From the human T2T-CHM13v2.0 reference genome, Homo sapiens, in the NCBI RefSeq assembly GCF_009914755.1, contig NC_060937.1: a DNA stretch of 64,000 bases; one strand, written 5' to 3'. A program made the translations under genes and the position numbers. Shown piece after piece: positions 1-14,168 of this stretch. The notes below the pieces were generated by a model. The model had not been told where the DNA came from, searched no databases, and saw nothing but the letters and a program-made list of their open reading frames with translations. Position 1 is the stretch's first letter, and every line of letters starts with the position of its first letter.

Positions 1-330
1 AGTGACTTCCTGTCCCTTCTTCACCTAATTGTGTACATTTAAATGTTAAATCTCCATCCCAATGGAACTGTGGGACGCATGTAACATGCATGTTTGCTTA
101 TCATGCATGCTTACACCCTTTCATGAATATTCATAGCTCTTCCTATGTCCTGTTGAATATGTATGCTTTGCCAACCCCTTCAGCTTAAATTCCTGTGTTA
201 CTCTTCCCTCTGTTGAAGGGCTTGCTTTAGGTTTTTTCCAGTGGCAGGCTGCCCTTCCTGCCTGCAGGTTGTAATTCCATTCTTAAGAAATAAAACTCAC
301 CTTTCTAAATTTATTAATTGTGTGATTTAA
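1..330 (+). mobile_element. 3' part of an ERV1-type LTR (family not determined)
   Basis: LTR-like U3/R composition with an AATAAA at ~289 and a typical tail. Confidence 0.35.
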
Positions 331-984
331 GTTAAGGGGGTAAGGCAGTATATTTCCAGAAGACTGCCAACATAAAATTTTAATTCAATTGTCCATTGAC
401 ACAGTGAATGTTAATTTGTCATCACATACTAGTTAATTTGTTAGCTGAAGGGAATGTAATAAGACCAAGTTGCTTGTAAAGGGTAATGGGTAAGCTGGAT
501 TAGATTATTAGGGAGGCCGGTCCTAGGTGAGAAGTTTCATTAGGTTTTCAGTGAGCAGCATATGAGCCTGGACCGGAGATCAGAAGACGCGGGAACAGAC
601 AGAAAAAGAAGAAGAGTGATCAAAGGAGAGGTGGCAAGTACAAAAGACAAAGCCCACCAGTTTCATAAAGTTGCTCAGGCTGACCCCATTTCCAGGGTGA
701 GATATTTTCACAGACTTATTACCTATGATTATACACATTTTAAAAATTGTTATTAGCATGAGGGGCTGCATATATATTTTATAATAGCCACACTTATAAA
801 TTAGTTGCAACTGGCTTCAGATTTAGCAAGTATCTTATACAGGGTCCTGGCAGGAAATAGGTGGCAAATCCAAGGGGTTTAACTGAAAAGACTTTAATTT
901 GAAGAGTTGAGGTCAGGGTTAAGCAAACTAAGAAGGGATGGTAAGGAACCCAGGGGCCAGCAAAAGTGGGTTCGCTTTCCCACA

Positions 985-1640
<656 letters not shown>

Positions 1641-3225
1641 CAGCAAAGTGAAACGTCTGTCATAATAATAACGAATGACTTCCTTTTTCATTTTCATTCA
1701 TATAGTGAAGTTTTCTAAAGGCTGCATCATGTGCAATATTGTAACAGAGTAAGTGCAGGACTGAATGTGACTCTATCAGGCCAATTGTAGAGATGTGAAA
1801 AAATGTAAAACAGTGGCACTTTTCTCCCTACTTTTTTTTGAAAATCTGTTTTTTTAAATAAAATAATTTTATAAAAGTATTATGAATTATTTATAAAATT
1901 ATATTAACATTATGTTAACATGCTAATATGGTAAAATTTTCTGCTTGGAGTTTGAATACACCAAATATTTATAAATATAACTCACACAAATAAAACCTCT
2001 TTGGTGTTCTCAAAATTTTGAAGAATGTAAAAGGTTTGAAAATTGCTGATCTAGCAAATGACTGAACATGAACAGCTATAGTATTTGTACCTGCCCAGCA
2101 GTGCAGCAATTCCTTATCCTTCTCATATCTGCACTTTAATTTTCCTTTGACAAATATCTCTCCCTCCTCTCAGCCCATGACATGAGGTTCACATGGGGTT
2201 AACTTAATTCCCTGGCTCAAAGGAAAGGTATTAAATTCAGACTTGTATCCAACCATTCCTGAAGCTAGACTTAGCCCTATTTTTCAATAACATGAACCAA
2301 TCAATTTTCACATGAGTCCAAAATAATTCTATGTTAATACACTAAGGTACTAGGAAATATAGTTTGAGAAATGTTGATCCAAACATTGTGTTATTTACAG
2401 TGGAGTATTGACATAAACTTTGAATCTTCAAATATGTTCTGGTGTCTTGGCATCTCTTAATACCTATTAGCTTACAAGGCTTTCACTCAACTATTTTATA
2501 ATTTTGATAATGACTTAATTGATTAGTTGATATATTGTTAAAATAAATATATTAATGAATTTATGATAAATAAGGCAGATAAATAAGACATGCAATTAGG
2601 AAGACATGTTAAACAAATTATTATAATAATACAATCACTCTCAGCTTAGGATAGCTCCTGGCCACTTTCTCTCTGGGTGGTTTTTACTCTGGGAGTAGTT
2701 TAAATCATTATCTAGTAGTAGTTTAAAGCATTATCTTTGCCTAAGAGCTTTCGCTGACTCCCCACATTTGCATTGTACTAAGAGTTTTCTCTGACTCCCC
2801 ACATAGGTCTAGACCCTAGTATTATAAGATTCTCATTGTACTTGCACTTTGCCTTCAAAGTACTAATCACGGTTTTGTTAGTGATTTGTGTGATGATTTG
2901 TTGAATCTTTTTTTTTTTCCCACTAGGGTGTAAGCCCCATGTTCCATCTTGATCACCATGTTTCTAGCCCAGTGCTGGCATATAGTGGGTTCTCACTAAT
3001 ATATCTGTAGAGTAAATGAAGAAATGCATGAGTGACATGACAGGAGAATTTAAGGATGCCATGGGAGCATAAAACAGAGGGAGCCACCTGGGTGAGGAGA
3101 GCTGAGAAAGACTTCTGGAGAGGCGACATTTGAGCTGAGAAAGGAAAGACAAGTGGGAGAGTCCTCCAGGTGTAGAAGTTGGAGAGATGAGCGCTCCAGT
3201 TAGGTAGTATTTGAAGCTGATGTAG

Positions 3226-3652
<427 letters not shown>

Positions 3653-4475
3653 GTATGGAAATGACATATACTTTTGCTTTTAGAAGAAAATCCTGATCAG
3701 TGTGCACAGAATTCTTCAGGGGGCAAGTGTGATTCATTCTGATAAGATATAGCATGGCTTAGACTGGGAGACTGGCAGAGGCTTTGAAGATTTCTTTGCT
3801 CAAATTTTATTCAGCAAGTATTTACCATGCACCTACTATAGCAGGCAACATTTTTAGGAAATGGTGAATGTTACAGAGGTGAATAATACAGCAAGAGTCG
3901 TTGAACATATGGAGTTTATCTATTAGTTGGGGAGTGAATGTTGACAAAGGAATAAGTAAATACACAGGCAAGAAAGATACATTACCTGTGAAACAGCAGC
4001 AGGTAGACTGACAGTGGAGTATCTAATACAGCCTATGGAAGCCAGAAGATAGTGGGATGACATTTTTGGAGTACTAGTAGAAATGTCATATGAAGAACTC
4101 TGTAGGAATGTAACATACGGTCCCATATATGAAGCTCCTGGGTCAAGTATACCTGAACATAATTCAGGGATTTGAGGGACTTTCTTGTAACCTGAGGATC
4201 AAGATGTCAAGGAATTAAAAACATGTATAAAACATTGTTGTATAAAAACCCATTAAAAAGAATGGAAGACACTATAGTAAAATCATTGTGGGTTTAGTTG
4301 TTATAACACATTTTAAAAATCTTTGATCCCAATCAATATTTATAAGAAAGAAGAAATATGGAATTATTTCCTGAGTCAAGGAGCAGGGAGAGAATGAGGA
4401 AGAAGAGGAGGAGGAGGAGGGGGAGGAGGAGACAATAAACCTACTTCCCAAAGTTAACAAACAAAAAGTGGGAAG

Positions 4476-4509
4476 AGGTCAAAGACTACAAGGAGTAGAA
4501 TTAACGTCA
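4476..4509 (+). promoter_or_regulatory. DR3-like nuclear receptor element AGGTCA-aag-ACTACA plus adjacent CRE-like TAACGTCA
   Basis: Perfect AGGTCA half-site, 3-nt spacer and a degenerate second half-site ~1.6 kb upstream of the TSS; RANKL is known to be vitamin D and PTH/cAMP inducible. Confidence 0.45.
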
Positions 4510-4801
4510 ATTGTTTCTATGTTTGAGTCTGAAAATTTTTTGTCCCTTCTCCACCAACCTATATATTGATACACATATAAATGCTAAAGGCATTTTTGAA
4601 TTTGAACAGATCATTTTCTTTGTATGGCTGCCTTTAAAAAAAATTCAACCTGGTCACTCTTCCTCAACATTTACTGAGGTCTAAGTGTTCAATTTAGAAC
4701 ACATGCTTTAATAACTCAGAGACCTGTCATTTGTCACAAATCTTGCCTAGAGAAATACTCATTAGCGAATTAGGCAGAAAGAGGATGCAAAATAAAAAGG
4801 C

Positions 4802-5158
4802 ACAGTAGTCCCCTGATATCCATGGAAGACTGGTTCCAGGACACCACCAAACCCCTCCCCGCAAATACCAAAATCCATGGATGTTCAAGTTTCTTAACAT
4901 ATCATGGCATAGTATTTGCATTTAACCTACACACATCCTCTTGTACACTTGAAATTATCTTTAGATTATTTATAATACTTAATAGAATGTAAATGCTATG
5001 TAACTAGTTGTGTATCATTTAGGAAATGATCACAAGAAAAAAAGTCTACAGATGTTAGTCCAGACACAGCCATCCTTTTTTTTTTTTTCAAATATTTTTG
5101 ATCTGTGGTTCATTGCATCCACAGATGTGGAACCCATGGATACTGTGGGCTAACTGTA
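4802..5158. mobile_element. MER2-like Tigger-family DNA transposon
   Basis: Imperfect terminal inverted repeats cagtagtcccctgatatccatgg ... ccatggatactgtgggctaactg; ~350 bp. Confidence 0.75.
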
Positions 5159-5858
5159 TTAATAAAAAAGTGGAAACATCCTAAGTTTCATGGGTGTTTA
5201 AATTGGTCAGCAACTTCCTTCTGAAGAAGTATCAGAATTTGTGAGCAATGTTAATATTTTTGTTTTCTCACTAAGAGCCACAGTTCTGAATAGAGGTTTT
5301 TAAAAAGCCCTAGCAAGGTTTCTTTAGCAATGAAACTAACATTTAACTGTATCATCAGCTTCGTGTTACATCTCTTTCCTGACTGTTGGGTGAGCCCTCC
5401 TCGGATGCTTGCTTCTGGCTACACGCCCCTTTACCCTTTTCTCTGCACTGTTTTCATCTTTATAAAGTCAGAGTTGGTGTCTATAGGCTCTCTACTGCCA
5501 CATTCAAGACCTGCCTCGCTCAATGTCACCTTCAAGATGCAGAAATAGGGATTTGGGAAGGGGATTGTGAAATTTTCGAAGTCTTCCAAAATACTTTGAG
5601 AAACTATATTTGGAAGCACTTTGGGGGGAGAGGTTGGACAGGAAGGGTCTTCAGAGATCATCAAATTTAACTTTCTAAATCCTAAGGAGGAAACCGAGAC
5701 TCCAGGATGTGAAGTCCCTTCTCTACCAAACTAGAATGGATGCAGGAGGAATGTCTGAGGTGCAATCCTTATCCTTTAGCAAAGGTGTCCTCTGCGTCTT
5801 CTTTAACCCATCTCTTGGACCTCCAGAAAGACAGCTGAGGATGGCAAGGGGAGTCTGG

Positions 5859-5865
5859 AACCACT
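5859..5865 (+). promoter_or_regulatory. RUNX-like site AACCACT in the proximal promoter
   Basis: One mismatch to AACCACA, ~200 bp upstream of the inferred TSS. Confidence 0.4.
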
Positions 5866-6003
5866 GGAGTAGCCCCCAGCCTCCTCCTTGGAGGGCCCCC
5901 ATGAAGGAGGCCCTTCAGTGACAGAGATTGAGAGAGAGGGAGGGCGAAAGGAAGGAAGGGGAGCCAGAGGTGGGAGTGGAAGAGGCAGCCTCGCCTGGGG
6001 CTG

Positions 6004-6043
6004 ATTGGCTCCCGAGGCCAGGGCTCTCCAAGCGGTTTATAAG
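6004..6043 (+). promoter_or_regulatory. Core promoter: inverted CCAAT box (ATTGG 6004-6008) and TATA-like TTTATAAG (6036-6043)
   Basis: Motifs at typical spacing ~175-215 bp upstream of the ATG. Confidence 0.75.
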
Positions 6044-6217
6044 AGTTGGGGCTGCCGGGCGCCCTGCCCGCTCGCCCGCGCGCCCCAGGAGCCAAAGCCG
6101 GGCTCCAAGTCGGCGCCCCACGTCGAGGCTCCGCCGCAGCCTCCGGAGTTGGCCGCAGACAAGAAGGGGAGGGAGCGGGAGAGGGAGGAGAGCTCCGAAG
6201 CGAGAGGGCCGAGCGCC

Positions 6218-6436
6218 ATGCGCCGCGCCAGCAGAGACTACACCAAGTACCTGCGTGGCTCGGAGGAGATGGGCGGCGGCCCCGGAGCCCCGCACGAGGG
6301 CCCCCTGCACGCCCCGCCGCCGCCTGCGCCGCACCAGCCCCCTGCCGCCTCCCGCTCCATGTTCGTGGCCCTCCTGGGGCTGGGGCTGGGCCAGGTTGTC
6401 TGCAGCGTCGCCCTGTTCTTCTATTTCAGAGCGCAG
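6218..6436 (+). CDS. TNFSF11: RANKL coding exon 1 (aa 1-73): cytoplasmic tail, Pro-rich stretch, transmembrane helix
   Basis: gagcgccATG at 6218; translates [73 protein letters not shown]; donor CAG|GTGAGT at 6436/6437; 219 nt, phase 0. Confidence 0.98.
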
Positions 6437-9400
6437 GTGAGTGGCCACCTTCCCAGGGGATCGCGGCTGAGAGCGCCCATCTCCTTCCCCCGCACTTGGA
6501 AACTGAGTCTGGCGGCAGGGCTGGGCCACCCAGAGCTTGCATATTCCGGAAGGGAAAGTGACTCCAGAAGGGAGAGAGGAAGTGTTGAGTTTGGGGACAA
6601 CCTGGCGCAGGGCTGTCGGGCGCACCCTGCTCTCTCTCCGCCCACGCACCCCAGCTTCTCGGTGCTCTGGGGGCGGACTCCCCTGGCCGGACGATGGGTT
6701 TGAATCTCACCCCGTCCCTTCGCTGGGAAACAACACTGGCCTCTCACCTTTTCTGGTAGTGATTGCATACTTTTTCTCCCTGTCATTTCTCACTTGAAGT
6801 TAAGAATCAACTTCTGTTCACGTAGGAAAAAAGATGAGCGCCTTCACTTGGGCATCTACCTTTCCCTTCCCGCCCACCACCCGGCGGGTTTCGGTTCCTG
6901 CGCCTGGCTGCTCTGCAGGTGTGCTGGGGCCACGGTGCTGGAGGGCTGCGCGGAGCGGGAGGTCGCGGTGCTCGTGCCCAGGTCGCCCAATGGGTGGGCA
7001 GAATGACACGGCGCGACCAGAGAGGCGCGGGCTCGGGATGGGGGCTCTGCGGCTGTGGCGCTGTCCTGTGGGGGTGAAGGAAGAGGGACAGCCCCACGTG
7101 CCTGCTAGGGATGTGGGCGGAGGAAGGAAGCGAGGTGAGTGTGATGGCACAGTGTTACTACAGTCTAGCAAATAACCAACCTTCGGAAAGATGAAGAGGT
7201 TTTTTGCACGACGGCTAGGAACTGCAGAGAGATAGTAGGAAGGAAGGGGTAAATTTGTAATATTATGCTTTCTGGTGGTTTATGCTCTTGTGTTTTCTTG
7301 GAAATTGCAGTGCAGTTGGTTGGATTCATTCAAATATTCTTGTCTGGTGCTGTGAACTCTTTCTCAGAGGAAGTGGGGGGCTGACTGTGCATTTTTTTTT
7401 ATGGGAAAAGAAAGTTGGGTTTGGACTACATTCGTTTTCAGATTCAAAGGTGATTACTAAACCAAACGGGATGCATCAAAACATGGCATTGCTTGGATTG
7501 TATGGTTTTTTGACATGTGCCAATGTCTCGAACTCCATTACTTTTAATCATAGGCTTTTTGTTAAGTATTCATTATCCGCTAGTTTGCATTTTCTAGAAC
7601 TAGTGTGATTACCTACTTAAAGTAGAAATGCAATGAGCCACACTTCAGAAAATCTGCATTAAATATAATCTACTCATTGAGAGTTTTGTTGTTTCTAAAA
7701 AGACAACTTTTGAGTGGTTTGCTTGCAACACAGATAACAAATCTATATGAAAGTGACTAAACGTCTTTCTTTCATTGGAGTGTGTTGCAATAAGAATGGC
7801 TTACCCATTTTCTCATCCAGCATTTTGTTAATAACCCCCATTTAGTGCTTGTGCATGGAGTGCCAGCGTTGTGCGTGGCACCGTCACCTGCGATGGAATG
7901 AGTTAAGAATCATTTATTCAACAGACAGTGTCCACTTACTATGGGCATGGAGCCAGATAGCAGAGTGGCCTAATAAAACCATTAAAATTCTTAGTCAAAC
8001 AAAAGAGCAACAATCAGAAAAGGGATCAAAGATGCAGTAGTTCTCCACTGTTTATCTTTTCTAACACCTTCGGGATATGGCATTTTCATTGCCATAATAG
8101 TGAAGAGAGTGTCCAATGTTGAACGAGCAGTAGGAAATGAAGGAGTTCTAGGAACCATGAACAGCTTGGCTTGGCAGGAGCTGTGGAAATCGGTGGCATG
8201 GCTGTGTAGGAAAGAGTGACCTGCTGGGCTCTTGTTAGAGTTGTTCAGCTTTTCCCTAGGAATTCTCGGTGGTCCCCGTGGGTGAGGAGTCAGGGCTTTC
8301 AGTGATCTCCCATCATCCTTTAGCAGTCTTGATGCTGTATGGATGATAGTGAAACATTCAGAACCCCTTTTCAAAGTAAACGTGTGAGTTAGTAAGTCTA
8401 GCCAGAAAATATTCCTTTGAAGAAGTTAATGTCATCAGACTTCTGGGTACGGTTTTCTTAAATACCATGAAAATTCGGTTCCTTTGACTTGTGCAAAATA
8501 ATTTAGCTATTATTCTGAACCCAATTTTGTATTGCATTTTAAAAAGGCTATCTCCTTCAGTAAAGAAAAAATATTAGGAACAATGTGTTCATATGAATAT
8601 ACCACTAGATCGGGATGCATTTTACTGGATATTGTGTCTACAATTGTTACCCAAAGGAGTCCTAATCATTTTGAGATACATTCTGAAATATTTACAGATA
8701 AAACTGCTTTGGTGTCTGGAATTTGTTTCAAAATAATTTCTGGTTGCTTACAGATGAAAAAAGATTTGCCATACATTGGTAATAGCTGAAGCGCTGATGC
8801 GTGCCTAGGGGTTCACTCTGTAATTCTTTCCCCTTTTATGTGTGTTAGAGATCTTCTTTCAAAGTCTTAGCTAAGAGAATAGTCTCCATTTGACTTGCCG
8901 CTGATTTAACATTTTCACTTATATCGGCTCTTTTGGATTGGAACTTGGTACCAAATAAATCAGTAGTTTTTTGATTCCCACTAAAGTTGTGAATCAACTA
9001 TCTGAGGTTTCTAAATGCATTTGAATGAGAACAAACTATCTAGTAACATGTTTGTAGTTTACAGTTAAAAATGACGAATTAGTTTTATTGTTTTTGTTTA
9101 AAGGTGGAGAAAAGAAGGTATGCAAGTCCTCAAGGAAAAGCAGTTTGAGTTTTTAAATGCATTTAAAAGAATGCCCAGAATAGTGTAAAAATTACGGTGA
9201 CGGTTAAAAAGTTTTGTTTTCTTAAATGTTTGAATAGATAAAATTGAATCAGCCTCCTAAATGTTTGCAGATTGCATGTGCCTAGATGTAAAAAATACAT
9301 ATCTACTAGATCCGGTGTAGCTTGGCTTTTCCCCCACCACCCTGCCAAAGAGAAAATAGTGTGTGGCTTCTGCTATATATTTACCACATAGTATTCATAC

Positions 9401-10849
9401 TTTGGTTTACAAAGAAAAAAAATAAAAACCCTTTCAAAAAGTTGCTCTGTGTGTGTGTGTGCATGTGTATGTGTCTTTAACATCCATATAACCATATTCA
9501 AAGCTTAGGGTTTAGCTATAAAGATAAACTTTTCAGAAAACTGAAGATGTTTTGCCCTTTTAACTTCTTCCCTCGATCCCCCAATATGCACAAACCAACC
9601 TCCCTGGTTGTTTGTTACCCAGGACAGCAGTCACTACTGAAAATCTGATGTAGAGGTGTGCACTGCCTGTTTGAAAACACAGATAACGAAGTAGCACAAA
9701 CGTCAAGCATCCTGCCTCATTTAACCCTACAAATGATTAAGTTTCAAGGAAGTTAAAAAAAATGAGACAGTGTATTTCGTAGGCACATTATCTGACAAAT
9801 GCATTTTAACAGTCCATTTTAAGTCAGATATTCAAGATTTACTTAATGTTTTCAGACGTGTCTAAGTACAATGAATTCATTGGTTACTCAGTTTACTGTG
9901 ACTTTTGGTTGAATTTCTGTGTTCCTCAATGAAGTGTAAGTTCCATGAAGACAGGGACTGCTTGCTTTGCACACCACCTTATTCATAGCATCTAGCCCAG
10001 TGCCTGGCATGTCTAATTTACTGCAAAGTCTTTTCTAATGATTTGCAACACTACAGATATGCCCATTTCTGATTGTAATATGCAAATTATCAGATTAGTG
10101 GCTAAAATAGTATCATTTTTCAATCATGCAATCCTCCAACCAGACTAATGTGTGCTAGTAGGTAGGTTGTTGGGTAGGCGATACATTCGTTCAGTCAGTT
10201 CGTGGGCATTTGCTGAGGGTCCAGCATCAGTCTGGCTCCCTCCCTGCTCTGCAGTTCCTTCAGCTTAGAGGCCCTCATTTACCTGTGTGTGTGGCTGGCC
10301 TTGCACCCTGAACCTCTCCTCCTCCGTTTTCTCCTAGTCTCCATTTTCAGGAAAGGAGAGCTGCAAGGGCATTGGAATGAGAAAGACATGTGGTTGTAGG
10401 TTAAAAATAAATTTCTAATGTGTGATCCTTGAGTAAACAAAATAAATGAGTATATTAAAAGCAATTATTCCATGCATTCTTGATTTCTTTTGGGAAAAAA
10501 CAGTGGATGGGGTTTTATACATATTTTAGCTATAATGCTGCCTTCCAAAACAGTGGTTCTCAACTGCACATTGAAAGTATTTGGGAAGAGGTTCAATGAT
10601 TGGACACTTCCCTTAGGGATGTTGATGAAATTGGCCAGTGAGGGGTGGGGTAGGAATGAGATGGGATCTGGGTGTGGGCATTTTTTTAAGAGAAAGGGGA
10701 CAAAATCTTTGCATTGTACTTATTTGCATCAAATCAGTAACCATTATTAACTGTTTCAGTATCTTTGTACTAATTGATGTTACTTGTGAAACAATTTTAA
10801 AATTGGTGTCAGGGAACTTTGGAATCGTTTCAATAGCAGAAAATCTATA

Positions 10850-11010
10850 TTTTAAAGCATGACTTCTCAAACTTTAATGTGTATAAGAATCACCTGGGAT
10901 CTAGTTAAAATGCATATTCTCAGGCAGTATGCCAAAGTAAAGCCTGAAATTCTACATTTCTAGCAAGCCCTCAGGGAGCCCACGATGCTACTCATTGGAC
11001 TACCCTGAGT
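10850..11010. mobile_element. MER5-like hAT-Charlie fragment
   Basis: ttctcaaacttt...agaatcacctggg...ttaaaatgca...tacatttctagcaagccctcagg. Confidence 0.55.
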
Positions 11011-11023
11011 ATCAAGAATATAG

Positions 11024-11346
11024 GGTTCGGGTGCAGTGGCTCATGCCTGTAATCCCAGCACTTTGGGAGGCCAAGGAGGGAGGATTGCTTAAGCCCAAGA
11101 GTTCAAGACAAGCCTGGGCAACACAGCGAGACCCCATCTCTACCAAGAAAAAAAAAGGAAGAAATTAGCCAATTAGCCAAGCATGGTGGCCTGCACCTGT
11201 AGTCCCAGCTACATGGAAGGCTAAGGAAGGAGGATTGCTTGAGCCCAGGGATTTCAAGGCTGAAGTGAGCTATGATTATGCCACTGCACTCCAGCCTGGG
11301 TGGGGGTGACAAAGCAAGACCCTGTCTTCAAAAAAAAAAAAAAAAA
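11024..11346 (+). mobile_element. Alu (AluJ-like)
   Basis: Full dimer with poly(A) tail. Confidence 0.9.
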
Positions 11347-11615
11347 GGAAAAGAAAAAGAGAAAGAAAAATAATAAAGGGGACTGCTGCTTCTCTTAGAC
11401 AGCTCTTAGCTTGTCAGCAGGACTCCAGCTTAACCTAGGGTCCCCAGGCATTTCCCCACTAAGGCCACATTATTCCTTTGGCTCAGCAGTTTTCTGGTGG
11501 TGCGTCAGTTCAGGCCTTTGCATGATTCTTCTTTCCTGAGGTCTAAACCCAGTGACCCTTCATATCAGTTGCCTGGACTTTTCTGGTCTTGTGGGATACA
11601 CACCGGCATAAGTAA

Positions 11616-11651
<36 letters not shown>

Positions 11652-13046
11652 AAAGTGTCTGATTGAAAACTTTCCTTGTATAAAAATTCACATATTATGA
11701 CTTGTATTAATTATTCTAAAGAATATAGGAAAAATACAGATTGTACACAGTTTTGCTTCACGGTGGTATCTCTTCCATGATGATTATAGGTAGTCCTTAT
11801 ATGTGCAAGACTGGAATAATAAAATTTGTATTAGTGAGTGTACATTTGTTAAAAGGCTGTCATTTCATTTTGAGAATCTCAGATATGGATAGGCTCTTTT
11901 TAGTTTATTTCTAATGGTTGGTTAATAAACTAACACATCATTCTGATTAATTTTTAAAAGAGAGAAAGAGACTTGTCATTAATTTGACTGAGCTTTGTAA
12001 TCTCACGTAGCTTTTCTTTTTCGCTTAGTTTGTACATGCTAATAAGAAAATGCAGGTGAAGTACCTTGAATATTTAACAAACAAAGAGGACAAGTTAAAT
12101 TCTCATTATTAAAACAGATGATAGCTAATTATTGTTACCCTTTACTTCACAGTTGAAACCACCACAAAGGCTTGGAAGGAGCAGGCAGACAATTTTAAAG
12201 AGTAGTGATTAAAGATATTCTAATGCTGGACACCTATTCTTAACAGGCAATCAGCTAATTACTCAATGGGTATATTTTGGGTGGGACAATTCCTTACATT
12301 ACAGGAATCTTAGCATCCCTCCAGCACACGTCTGTAATATCTGTTCATGCAGCCTCCCCACCCTAACGTGATGACACCAAATATCACCTGCATCCATTCC
12401 CAAACACCCGCTGACAGGTATACCATTCCAGCTTGAGAAACACTGATGAGAGGGTCAACAAAAAAGACAGATGACACGTCTGACTTCAAGTTTTGTTTGG
12501 AGGTAAAAAAGTGGATTTTTCTCTCCCTTCTTTGGCTGATTAAGGAAAAAAGGCCAGGCCAACATGGTGGTTAAAGATGATGTTGATTTCACCTGTTTTA
12601 TATAGGTTTCATGCTCTGAATTTCAAAGTGGGCCTCATAATCCCATCTAGCATGTTGCATATAGTTGATTTAAAGACAAAAAGCTTCCTCTGCCTTCAGT
12701 GACCACATGTGATTTCCTTGGTGCCCCTCCCCTCTATGAACACTTTCATGTTGTTAGACAAGTTTGACAATTTCCCCCATGAATCACGCACATACACTTC
12801 TGTCATTGTTAAAAGCCCATCGCAGGACTAACTGTGCCTTGTCCTGTGGATGATAGTCAGTTACTCGTTCAAATGAATTAGAAGTCAACGTTTTCACCAT
12901 CTTGAGGTTCATTGTATTAACTATTCATTGTTGGGGACATAAAGACTCTTGCGAGTATGAATTTTTTGTTCTTAAGTCACACTGTATTAAATAGCAGGAT
13001 GACTAGTGATAAGCACTCTAACGTCCTTACTGTTTCTCCTCCTCAG

Positions 13047-13214
13047 ATGGATCCTAATAGAATATCAGAAGATGGCACTCACTGCATTTATAGAATTTTG
13101 AGACTCCATGAAAATGCAGATTTTCAAGACACAACTCTGGAGAGTCAAGATACAAAATTAATACCTGATTCATGTAGGAGAATTAAACAGGCCTTTCAAG
13201 GAGCTGTGCAAAAG
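13047..13214 (+). CDS. TNFSF11: RANKL coding exon 2 (aa 74-129), stalk; begins with Met74
   Basis: Acceptor tttctcctcctcag|ATGGATCCT; [56 protein letters not shown]; donor AAG|GTAAGT; 168 nt, phase 0-0. Confidence 0.98.
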
Positions 13215-14168
13215 GTAAGTCCACATCGAGGCTGATAAGTCAAGGGCCCTTGCTGACTCTACCAATACTGAAAATTAAAACTGGCTAAGTGCTGTTGACT
13301 CTGCTCTTTTTATTCTAATAATTTGTAAAAGAGCTACAGGGAATGCTTTAAAGAGATTAGCAGAATTATTTTGAAGTTGGTAGTGATTGATTATGGCAAT
13401 CAGGGACGTTCATGCAAATATTCTTTTCTTTCTTTTCTTTTTTCTTTTAAAGAGGAGGGATTTAAATTCACACTTAAATTCACACCTTAAGACTAAGGTG
13501 GCTGTGGCCTGTCTGTGAGTCAGTATGCTAGTTTGAATTCCCTGACCTAAAAACCATCCGCTCAGTTCACAGGACTTTCTGGTAGCTGTTTCCTTTCTGT
13601 TTGGCTTCGTAATGGCAGGGCCCCTTATTCCACATCTGTTGATCCAGGGCTCTGATGAGAAGCAGTTGTAACTCTTGGTCCTTTGCTGTCATCTGTGGTG
13701 AAGTAGGCAGAGCAGGAAACAATGTGAGATGGAGATTCTGTGTCCGTGTTCTCATTTTCTGGGAGAGCTGAGTGACAAGAGAAGAGTTAGGGACAGAGAA
13801 GACCAATGACTTCTCTTACACCGACAGCCCCAGTTGGGAAACACTGTAATAACTGCCAGTTTTACTTTCCTGGACAAAGCCACTTGAGAATTCTGCAGCC
13901 CAAGAATTATTTTACTCACTGACTCCACCAAAACCCAGGTAGAACACAAACAGTGACCCCAGTGCAAAACCTGTGTGTACGTTATATACCTGCATGCATG
14001 CATCCACTTCTACATCCCAGCCTCTGTGTTGCAACTCCCTGGGTCTCTGGTCATTCCAGAGTAACTCTTGAAGTTCTCAAAGCCCTTACCTCTAAATTTA
14101 ATTCTAATGTAGTTTATTTTTTAAAAATCCACATATAGTAATATAATTATTTAAAAAGAGGACATGTG

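Larger units (their letters stand above)
5940..7140. promoter_or_regulatory. CpG island over promoter, exon 1 and start of intron 1
   Basis: Visibly high GC and CpG density against an AT-rich, CpG-depleted background. Confidence 0.9.

Noticed and set aside
6437-6703. Exon 1 frame stays open 88 codons into intron 1
   Set aside because: GC-rich sequence with a strong consensus donor and no nearby poly(A) signal noticed; no support for an alternative C-terminus.
5769-7175. Many long overlapping ORFs on both strands (e.g. 5915-6649 minus, 244 aa; 5928-6440 plus)
   Set aside because: Expected by-product of stop-codon scarcity in a GC-rich CpG island; low-complexity R/P/G/A translations with no recognisable domain.
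12957-13046. In-frame intronic ATG upstream of exon 2 (and similarly 38416 upstream of exon 5)
   Set aside because: No promoter-like context, unremarkable Kozak context, and the peptides have no informative features.
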